From Malacoraja senta (lineage: Eukaryota), in assembly GCA_038087875.1 (NCBI GenBank), contig CM075997.1, forward strand, positions 3,288,001 to 3,352,000: a DNA stretch of 64,000 nucleotides. Reading direction: 5' to 3'. Under the pieces are notes generated by a model. It saw nothing but the letters and a program-made list of their open reading frames with translations. It did not search any database and was not told the origin of the DNA. Positions 54,468-64,000 of this stretch are shown here, piece by piece. Numbering within the stretch: position 1 is the stretch's first letter; each line of letters opens with the position of its first letter. Made by a program: the position numbers and the translations under genes.

Positions 54468-57400
54468 TTAACCTCCCTCTCTCCACCCACGTATTCCCTC
54501 CTGACCCACAGACTCTTCTTCCTTTTGCCCACACACTCCCTCTTCCCCCTCTCTCCGTCCATGCATTTCCTCTCGTCCCTCTCCCTCGGCCCACAGATAA
54601 CCTCCCGAGTCCCTCCCTCCATGCACACGGTCTCTCCTGTCCCCTCCGCCCACTCGTCCCCTGCTATCCTCACTGCCCACTCCTTCCTGTCCCCTTCCCT
54701 CCTGGCTCCGCTCTCTGCCCCCACACTCCCTCTTCTGCCTCTCCCTCCACACACCCCCTCCTGTCCCCCTCCCTCCATCCCTCTACACACTCCTGCCCTA
54801 CCCATGCGCCCCTCCCATCCCCTTCTCCCAAAGACTGCTGATGCTCAACACCGTCTCACACCAGTATATTGACTCCTGAGACTGTTCCCCCTTCGGTGGG
54901 GAGGTCACAGATAATGCCAGGCAGAGCGAGCTGGTTCTCTGCTGATCACACTGCCTGTTACTACCAGCGTAGGAGGCAGGCAGCAGATAATCAAATCAGT
55001 CTGACAAAATGCTTAGTATTGGGGATTGGGTGACGGAGAGCTCACAACTCTATCGTTCCCAAGTTCTAGGAGTAGATTTAGGCCATTCGGCCCATCAGAT
55101 GATCACCGAATGGCCTACTCCTGCACCTATTTTCTATGTTTCTATGTTTCGTGTCCACACCGCCATCCAATCATGGCTGATCTCTGCCTCCTAATCCCAT
55201 TTTCCTGCCTTCTCCCCATAACCCTTGACACCCGTTCTGATCAAGAATTTGTCCATCTCTGCCATAAAAAATATCCACTGACTTGGCCTCCACAGCCCTC
55301 TATCGACAGAATTTGACCTCATTCAGAACTTACACCCGCCCAAAACTCCACTGCGAGTGAAAAAAAGTAACTGGAAACATTTGTTCATAATCTGCTCTTA
55401 AATGTTCTAATCCAGGCCTTTAACCTTGCAGAGACACGATGCAGGGCAGAGGAAGGAGGGAGGCACTGTCCGAAGAGAATCTGCAGATCTATGGGAACAT
55501 TTAGCAGTCCGTTACTAAGCCCCATCCAGTGGTGTGTGGTCTCTGTCTTCCATTCCAGTGCGTGCAAGGTTAAACTTTTAAACTTTGTTATTCCTGAACG
55601 ATTAACTTGGCAAGATTTTCCGTGCAGCCTGATGCATTCTGCTTTAGTATGAAAGTCAGCAAGTCTGTGCCAGTTTCTGACCTGCTGGCGATTTATCTTA
55701 ATTAACCCCAGCCCACTGCAGAGGTTAAAACACTGTCAGACCCACCACTGCTACACTGAGTGATACAGGCGGCAGAGAGGGAGAGACAGTGAGGGCAAAC
55801 ACTAGGCAGAGACACAGCCCTATAGATGGAAACAACACAGGGGAATGGGGTGTCACGGGTTACGGGGAGAAGGCAGGAGAATGGGGTTAGGAGGGAGAGA
55901 TAGAATCGAATGGACCGAATGGTCTACTTCTGCTCCTATAACAGGAACTTATCTGCAGTTTCTTACGGATGGGGGGGATCCTCATTGAAACTTACCGAAT
56001 AGTGAAAAGCCTGGATAGAGTGGATGTGCAGAGGATATTTCCACTGGTGGGAGAGTCTAGGACCAGAGGTCAAAAGATCATAAATGGAGGCCAAGTCAAT
56101 GGATATTTTTAAGGCAGAGATAGATAGATTCTTGATTAGAACATAGAAACATAGAAAATAGGTGCAGGAGTAGGCCATTCGGCCCTTCGAGCCTGCACCA
56201 CCATTCAATATGATCATGGCTGAGCATCCAACTCAGTATCCTGTACCTGCCTTCTCTCCATACCCCTTGATCCCTTAAGCCACAAGGGCCATCTAACTCC
56301 CTCTTAAATATAGCCAATGAACTGGCCTCAACTACCTTCTGTGGCAGAGAACGGGTGTCAAGGGTTATGGGGAGAAAGCAGGAGAGGGGGGGAGAGATAT
56401 ATCAGCCACGATTGAATGGCGTACACTTGATGGGCCGAATGGCCTAATTCTGCTCCTATCCCGTATGACCTTATGCACTACTTAATTCCAGCACCACCTC
56501 ATCCCCAGAACTTCAACAATAGATCGTTCAAGGTTATCCCCTTAAGAAATTGGACATTATTACCATAATTGCCACACATTGTGCAACCTTCATTTCTTGA
56601 GAAATGGCACTCAGTTTAAAAAGTACAACCAAGTTATTTTTTTAATGTTTGGTATATAAACAAAGGAGATTAAATTCCATTCCTCAAGAGAGCTGATGAG
56701 CTTCAGTCTCTTGTACTTGTTAAGTTAGACACTGCATTCCTTGCATAGCGATGGCAAGTCTGCGCTGTCAGCCCCACTCAGTTGATTAATGGACCATCGT
56801 TAAAACAAGGAAGAGTCAACAGACCTTTATTCTTCCATCTCACAACCAGTCTGAAGAAGGGTCTCGACCCAAAACGTCACCTATTCCTTCTCTCCATAGA
56901 TGCTGCCTGTCCGGTTCATTTACTCCAGCATTCTGTGGCTATCTTCAGTGATAGTTCTGGTCTTATGCAAAAAACACAAAGTGCTGGTGGAACTCAGTGG
57001 GTCAGGCTAGGCAGCAGGCGTGGAGGGAATGGACAGACAATGTTTCCGATCGGGATGCCCCTTCAAACCCTTCGCAATATGAAGAAGGGTCCCAACCCAA
57101 AACGTCATCTGCCCGTTCCTTCCACAAATACTGCCTGACCCGCTGAGTTCCTCCAGCACTGCGCCTTGCTTTAGACTCCAGCATCTTGATCAGTACGGGT
57201 GTCAGGAATTAAGGGGAGAAATGGGGCAAGAGAATGGGGTTGAGTGGGATAGATCAGGCAGCCATGATTGAATGGTGGAGTAGACTCGATGGTCCGAATG
57301 GCCTAATTATGCTTCTATAATTTATGAACTAATCTGCAGTTGTTGTGTCTCCATAATCCTGGTCTTCACATACTCAAGGGTCAAGATCAAGAGAGCCAAG

Positions 57401-58473
57401 AGTGTTTTATTGTCATATGTCCCAGATAGAACAATGACATTCTTAAATACTCAGGAGTGGGTTGGCCTGATTTGACTGCCAAAATTACTGAGATGACCTT
57501 CACACTGAAATTGGTCCTATCCGCCCAGGGAAGCAAGAAGTCAAAAAACAGATCCCTTCCCTATCCTTATCTAACTTCCAAAGATAACATTGTGAATAAT
57601 GAGAGGAGACAGGGAGCTGGCCATGTGAAAGATACAGTCTGTGGAACAGAGATGAGCAGCCCAAAACTTAACCCTTTCCATCCACAAATGGACAATCTGA
57701 TGTTTCAATGAAGAACCTACACTTGTTGACATAGTGGGCAACTGAATCATCCTACCACAACCAGAGAGCAGTGCTGAACTTTCTTTGGTGACCCTCGGAC
57801 TATCCTAGATTGGAAGATTCCTAGAGGAAACACTTTTTCTCACAGAGAGTTGTGAGTCTGTGGAATTCTCTGCCTCAGAGGGCGGTGGAGGCCGGTTCTC
57901 TGGATGCTTTCAAGAGAGAGCTAGATAGGGCTCTTAAAAATAGCGGAGTCAGGGGATATGGGGAGAAGGCAGGAACGGGGTACTGATTGGGGATGATCAG
58001 CCATGATCACATTGAATGGTAGATGGTGATGCTGGCTCGAAGGGCCGAATGGCCTACTCCTGCACCTATTGTCTATTGTCTATTGGACTTTGCTGGCTTT
58101 ACCTATTCCCTTATCATGTATCTATACACTGTAAATGGCTCGATTGTAAACATGTATTGTCTTTCTGCTGACTGGATAGCTTTTCACTTTATCTCGGTAC
58201 ACGTGACAATAAATTAAACTGAACTGGTTTAGGAATACAGATGCTCTCCACCCAGTGAGCTGCCGCGACACTAACATTGATCCACATGCAGTGTAAAGAC
58301 ACTAATGGGTGGTGTTTTGGATTCATTCTCATCGTTGCAGGGAGTATGTACCTGAATCCTAGCATCTAGTCTGAGTCCTTTCTTCCTCTTGGTCTGGTTC
58401 ATTGTCTGGGATGGGCAACAACATCACATTGTGTTTCTACAGTGCCCAAGGTGTTCTTCAATAAACACTGTCA

Positions 58474-58770
58474 GGGGCGGCACGGTGGCGCAGCGGTAGA
58501 GTTGCTGCCTCACAGCGCCAGAGACCCGAGTTCGATCCCGACTACGGGTGCTGTCTGCATGGAATTTGTTTGATCTCCCTGTGGCCTGCGTGGGTTTTCT
58601 CCGGGTGCCTTGGTTTCCTCCCACCCTCAAAGACATACAGGTTTGTAGGTCAATTGGCTTCAGTAAGTTATAAAATTGTCGCTAGTGTTTGTAAGTTGGT
58701 GTAGGGAGTGATCGCTGGCCGGCGTGGGCCAAAGGGCCTGTTTCAGTGCTGTGTCTCTAAAGTCTAAAAG
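58474..58770 (+). mobile_element. HE1-like V-SINE
   Basis: GGCACGGTGGCGCAGCGGTAGAGTTGCTGCCTCACAGCGCCAGAGACCCGAGTTCGATCCC head and CR1-type tail. Confidence 0.8.
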
Positions 58771-59808
58771 TATAACGAAAGTTGACTCTGACTTTGCCAG
58801 ATGATGTTAGGTCAGGCGACCAAAAGCTCAGGAGGGTAAATTTTAATGGTGGAGGGGAAGAGCTTATTCTGGACTGGGTCCAAAATAGTTGAAGGCACAG
58901 CCACTATAGGTGGAGCCAACAAACGCAGATGCAGAAGGGGACGAAAATGGATGAGAGCCATGATATTGTAGGATTCTGGTTCTGGAGGCTGCTACAGAGT
59001 CTGGGAGACACAAAATGCTGGAGTAACTCAGCGGGACAGGCTGGATAAAAAGAATGGGTGGCGTTTTGAGTCAAGACCCTTCTTCGGACCTCTTCAGAAG
59101 ATGGGTCTCGGCCTGAACAATCACCCAATCCTTCTCTCCAGAGATGCTGCCAGCCCGGCTGAGTTACTCCAGCATTTTGCGTCTATCTTCAGTATAAACC
59201 ATCTGCATCTGCAGTTCCTTCCTACACAGTCTGGGAGGATTAGTTCGGTCTGCAGAAGGCTACAGATAGGGAGAATTGCTCAGCTGTAAACCAGCATGGC
59301 TGATTTTAAAGGTATTTTTAGTTCTGGGATTATCAATCACCAGTGAGGTTTATCAGGATTATAATGCAAATGGTTAATGGTTCATTAATAATTCTGCCAT
59401 AATTCCATGCATCTTTAATTCTCATTTAGTATCCAATCCTGCATACTTTCTACCATCTAAGTTCAGGAATTCAGCAGGGTTAAGCATTACTAGTTCCGCG
59501 TAATCCTTGTATCATCCTTTGAAAGCAGTTCAGTGAATGAAAAGCAACAAAACGTTATATATTTGTTCAATTAACTTTGCAAGACTCTTTACTCCAACAT
59601 GGATGGAGTGCCAGTTTAGAATAATAAATTCATGAGTACATAAAAACTGGAAGTATCCAAGTTTGTTCTCTGATCGAACTTGCAGGAAGGAGTTTCTTGG
59701 TTCCATCACTAGTAAATACTAGGATTCTGTTTGCCAGATTTGTTTTCTCATCTTCTTTCGTTCACCACTGACACACTGAGCAAAGTCACTTAGCTTTCTT
59801 TTTCTCAT

Positions 59809-60543
59809 TCAGTGTAGCTTGTACCCGTCCATAATTCGGAGAACGTCATCCAGTATTGAAGGCCCCAAGTCCAAGTCCAAGCCAAGGGAGGATTCCGAGC
59901 CGCTCATGTAGGAATCAGAAGGAAAGGGGCTGCCATTGTTGAGGGACATCTCGCTGTTGAAGATCAAGGCTCTCTTCCCGTCCAGCTGCCCAATGTCAAT
60001 GACTGAGTTTTCTGAGGAGGTGTGCGATGCTGCAGACAGGGAAACGGATGAGCCAACCTTCTTGTCAAGCATCACCATGGTGGACCTTTCTTGGTGGTTT
60101 TGGAAGCACTCTGCAGTGCAGCTGACGGACATAGACCTCTGGCCCGGTCCTTCCTCCAGGTGTAGCCGGGGCGGCTTTGGAGGAGCTTGCTCTTGGTCTT
60201 GGGATTCGTGGGCGTCGCTGAACACAGGAAGGGAAATGGCGTTCTTCAGCAGGGTGGGGTACCCGCCTGCTCCGTTGTTGAAGGGCCGCTCGTAACCGTA
60301 CCCCTTCTCGGTGCTCTTCGAGGTGGGCCGCCCGTTGAGGCTTGGAAGGAGATCGTACTTGCCCTGCAGGAAGGAGATGTCCCCGAACATATCGCCCTCG
60401 CCAGCCCTCCCAATGTGGGCACTGTGCCGGAAGTCACCCAAAGGAGGGCTGATCATGTCCCCTGACAGAACATCGCGCAGTCTCTGCTTCTTGCCCCGCT
60501 TGGGCGTCGATGTCTTTAGATACATGGGGGTCTTTGCAGGCAT
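59809..60543 (-). CDS. CDC42 effector protein (Borg family, CDC42EP2/EP3-like), 244 aa, single coding exon
   Basis: Basic N-terminus, CRIB motif ISPPLGDFRHSAHIG...DMFGDISFL, Borg homology motifs LLKNAISLP and PPKPPRLHLE, and C-terminal BH3 LDLDLGPSILDDVLRIMD. Good Kozak context (AACATGC). Which paralogue it is remains unresolved. Confidence 0.95.
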   Translation of the reverse strand: MPAKTPMYLKTSTPKRGKKQRLRDVLSGDMISPPLGDFRHSAHIGRAGEGDMFGDISFLQGKYDLLPSLNGRPTSKSTEKGYGYERPFNNGAGGYPTLLKNAISLPVFSDAHESQDQEQAPPKPPRLHLEEGPGQRSMSVSCTAECFQNHQERSTMVMLDKKVGSSVSLSAASHTSSENSVIDIGQLDGKRALIFNSEMSLNNGSPFPSDSYMSGSESSLGLDLDLGPSILDDVLRIMDGYKLH

Positions 60544-60752
60544 GTTGCAGCAACTGGTCCACCACAGAGGAACCTAAAAAATAGGGAAGAGTTCCTGGTA
60601 TCTCTTCAGCGTCAGGTCCTGGTTGATTAAGGCCTTCAGCTCTACTTGGAGATGGTTCTGACTTTAAAAGCACCTCCGCCGGCCCTGGTTATGCCTGGTT
60701 TGAACGGCAAACGCCAACACTGTACGATGCGTCACCTCGTATGCTTCACAGC
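60544..60752 (-). other. 5'UTR part of the CDC42EP coding exon, with two candidate splice acceptors
   Basis: Acceptor-like TTGTGTGTTTCCAG|G at 60753/60752 and CTTCCCTATTTTTTAG|G at 60574/60573. I saw no upstream ATG between 60752 and the start codon. Confidence 0.5.
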
Positions 60753-60889
60753 CTGGAAACACACAAGCAAGGCAGGATTTCAGTGTTAAAGTAATCTCAC
60801 GCACACAGTTTGGCGGGCATGCTTCAACCCTTCAATAGTCAATGGCATTATGATTTCAAATCATATTTTTGTTTTGAGTTTTGAGTTTT

Positions 60890-61265
60890 GAGAGAGAGAG
60901 AGGGAGAGGGAGAGAGAGAGAGGGGGGGTGAGGGGGAAGAGGGAGTGGGAGGGGGAGGGAGACAGAGGGGGAGAGGGGAAGGGAGAGAGGGAAGGGAGAG
61001 GGAAGGGAGAGAGAGGGAAGGGAGAAAGGGAAGGGAGAGTGGGAGAGGGAGGGGGAGAGGGGGAGGGAGGGAATGGAGGTGGGAGAGAGGGAAGGGAGGG
61101 GAGGGAGAGGGAAACGGAGAGAGGGAGAGAGAGGGGAAGAGAGACCAGAAGGGAGAGAGGGAGAGGGAGAGGGGGATGGAGAAGGGAGGGGGATGGAGAA
61201 GGGAGGGGGAGGGAGAGGGGAAGGGAGAGAGAGAGAGGGAGAGAGGGAGATAGAGAGGGGAAGAG
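60890..61265. repeat. Polypurine (G/A) low-complexity tract in the intron upstream of the CDC42EP coding exon
   Basis: Seen directly in the sequence. Confidence 0.9.
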
Positions 61266-62524
61266 ATCTGGGTCCTTCCTCCAGGTGCAGCCTGGAGGCT
61301 TTGGAAGAGCTTTCTCTCCGTCTTGGGTTTTGTGGGCATCTCTCCCTCTCTCCCTGGTCTGGTCAGTGCACACTTGGGGGCCCATTGAGTCACCCATGGC
61401 CGGCCTGAAACAGCATGGGTTGAGGACAGATAAATGACTGCATTTATGTCCCATGGTCCAGGTACCAGTCTAGAAAATGTTTTGTTTAAAGTCTACGATG
61501 CAATACGATAGAACTTTATTTATCCCAGGGGAGAAATTGATCTGCCAACAGTCATTAACACAAAACACATGAAATTAAAGTGACGAGTGGAAAGGATTGG
61601 GGATGTGCAAAGATTGTGGGGAGGGGGGGGGGGGGGTGTCAGTCTACCCCACAGCAGAAGGGGAGGAGTTGTACCGTTTGATAGCCACAGGGAAGAAGGA
61701 TCTCCTGTGGCGTTCTGTGCTGCATCTTGGTGGAACCAGTCTGTTGCTGAAGGAGCTCCTCAGGTTGACCAGTGTGTCATGGAGGGGGTGAGCTGTATTG
61801 TCCAGGATGCTCTACAGTGTGAGCAACATCCTCCCCTCCACGACCACCTCCAGTGAATCCAACTCCAACTCCACCCCCAGGATGGAGCCAGCCTTCTTGA
61901 CGAGTTTGTTAATCATATTGGCGTCCGCGGCCTTTGCCCTTTACCCCAGTAATCGTAGTTGCCCCAGCACACAACACCGAATAAGATGGCACTGGCTACC
62001 ACCGATTGGTAGAATATCTGCAGCATCTTACTGCAGACTTTGAAGGAGCGGAGCCTTCTCAAAAAGTACAGTCCCAATGTACAGGGTCCCTTCTTGTCTA
62101 TGGAAGCAGCATAACCCATCCTCTACCCTCCAGTCTTGCATAGATCATATGATCAACCAACTGGTGCTCTATCCACTACCTTTGACAAATGGAGCATTTA
62201 GATGAAGTGCTCCTTGAACAGGTTGAAGTAGACGCTGGGCGCCTGTACGATTACTGGGGTAAAGGCCCTCCCAAGTTGGAGCCTCTGCTCTTGGTCTTTC
62301 CGCTTCCTTTGCAAGGTAGCCCTTTGTCTTTTGTCCCTCCTGCTCCTGTTCAAGTGACCACAGTGCAGCTATACTAAAACACCCACACACTTTAAGCAAA
62401 GAAGTTTAATCTCCTAAAAATACTTGCTGCATTGTTCTAAAACAACCTGGAAGCTCCAGCCCACAGTGCAGTTGAATCAATCCATATATCGCTGTACACT
62501 TACCCTGGATCCGCCCTTGGCCTA

Positions 62525-62880
62525 CGCTATCTCCCGCTTGCCAAACATTTTAACTCCGCTTCCCATTCCCACACTGACCTTTCTGTCTTTGGTCTTCTCC
62601 ACTGTCAGAGTGAGGCCACACACAAATTGGAGGATTAGCATCTCATATTTTGCTTGGGCAGTTTACAACCCAGCGGTATAAACACTGATTTCTCTTATTT
62701 CAAATAACTCTGTCATTCCCTCCCTCTTACTAGTTCCACTGTTTGCTTTGTTATTACCCAGTCGTTATCACCTCTTCTCCACCCAACAATGGGCTGTAAT
62801 GGACTACACCCTTCCTGAGGTATCTGTTGCCGGCCCTGTTTTATTCTGGCTTTCTCTCGCCTCCAGTTTCCCCGTTCCCC
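62525..62880 (+). mobile_element. Degenerate Penelope-like GIY-YIG C-terminal remnant
   Basis: Nucleotide similarity to 9700-9870 (CATTTTAACTCC...CCCATTCC...GACCTTTCTGTC...AAATTGGAGG...CATCTCATATTT...TTGGGCAG). Confidence 0.6.
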
Positions 62881-62956
62881 TTCCCCTTGCTGCCTCACAA
62901 CACCAGAGACCCAGGTTCCATCCTGACTACTGGTGCCCTCTGTAAGGAGTTTATAC

Positions 62957-63351
62957 CAAAGATCCTATAGCGAGCAAGATAGTCCACTCGACGAAAAAGA
63001 CGTAGTACGGTCATGGGCAGATTCATGGGTCATTTAAGGCCCCATTTCCGTAACCGGCTTCCGTCTCCGCACCAAAGATCCCATAGGATACTAGTGCGGA
63101 GACGGAAGCCGGTTACGGAAACATCCTCGTAAAAATAAACGTTCTTTGGTAAAATTCTTCTCCTCATTTTCAGAATTTTAATTTATTAACACAAACTGTT
63201 CCCCCGCAACGTTGATTACACTGCGAGTCGGGTCGGGTCGGGTTACTGAAATGGATGAAAAAAAGGCCCACGTTCCGTTCCATTGCGTACTACACGTCAG
63301 CCCATTGCATTTAGCAGGAGTGGTCTATCTTGCTCCACTATAGGATCTTTG
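62957..63351. mobile_element. MITE with CAAAG termini and 8-bp TSD (P-element-like or hAT)
   Basis: TIRs CAAAGATCCTATAG / CTATAGGATCTTTG and a perfect TSD GTTTATAC (62949-62956, 63352-63359), inside a SINE. Confidence 0.75.
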
Positions 63352-64000
63352 GTTTATACATTCTCCCTGTGACCGCGTGTTTTTTTTTGTCTGGTGCTCC
63401 AGTTTCCACCCACATTCCAAAGACGTACAGGGTTGTAGGTTAGACAAAAATGCTGGAGAAACTCAGCGGGTGAGGCAGCATCTATGGAGCGAAGGAAATA
63501 GGCAACGTTTCGGGCCAAAACCCTTCTTCAGACTGACGGCCCGAAACGTTGCCTATTTCCTTCGCTCCATAGATGCTGCCTCACCCGTTGAGTTTCTCCA
63601 GCATTTTTGTCTACCTTCGATTTTCCAGCATCTGCAGTTCCTTCTTAAACTGGGTTGTAGGTTAATTGGCTTTGGTGAAAAATAGTAAATCGTCCCTGGT
63701 ACGGCATGGATTTGGTGGGCCGAAGGGCCTGTTTAGTGGCTGTATCTCTTAACTAAACTAAACGTGTTTGTTATGTGCATTGTATTGTACAATCAGAATA
63801 TACATGATAGGCCAAAGAATGACGCAAAATGTAACTCAGCGGCACAGGCAACATTTCTGCATAGAAGCAATAGGTGATATTTTGGGTCGAAACCCTTCTT
63901 CAGAATGAGAGTCAGGGGAGAGGGAAACACAGAAACGTTTCACGTGGTCAATGTTACCGAAGTTGATCCCATAATACATTAAGGACAACGTTCTATGGTG

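Noticed and set aside
54870..55005. Two AGATAA (GATA) motifs and an AGGTCA half-site as a possible enhancer
   Set aside because: Short motifs at a frequency expected by chance; not supportable without conservation or chromatin data.
58478..58545. tRNA genes at the GGTGGCGCAGCGGTAGAG...GGTTCGATCC motifs
   Set aside because: These are SINE heads: each continues into the same SINE body and CR1-like tail, with no complete acceptor stem or terminator.
59936..60673. ORFs overlapping the CDC42EP CDS (antisense and alternative frame)
   Set aside because: Shadow ORFs of a GC-rich coding exon with no recognisable motifs.

Overview
Eukaryotic, repeat-dense vertebrate DNA. The repeat landscape (tRNA-headed HE1-type V-SINEs sharing their 3' tail with CR1/HER1 LINEs, Rex1/Babar, L2 and Penelope-like elements, MITEs) points to a cartilaginous fish, probably a skate or ray; this is an inference. 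There are two recognisable genes, both on the minus strand. (1) A PLD3-like lysosomal 5'-3' exonuclease gene: seven coding exons between 21480 and 12496, reconstructed by hand with consistent GT-AG junctions and phases, plus a probable CpG-rich first exon/promoter at about 29.0-29.3 kb. Its seventh coding exon has a 1-bp frameshift, and I could not find the 3' half (second HKD motif) beyond the 200-N gap at 12195-12394. (2) An intact single-coding-exon CDC42 effector (Borg) gene at 59809-60543 with mixed CDC42EP2/CDC42EP3 features. The most notable non-genic features are: many short Penelope-derived elements carrying a minimal hammerhead-ribozyme-like core, often as fold-back pairs; a 38-bp minisatellite made from copies of a PLD splice donor; the PLD promoter sitting between inverted (TG)n and 4.8-kb (CA)n tracts; and several MITE families (Harbinger-, hAT- and P-like) with recognisable TIRs and TSDs. 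Most ORFs in the supplied track are repeat or microsatellite artefacts.
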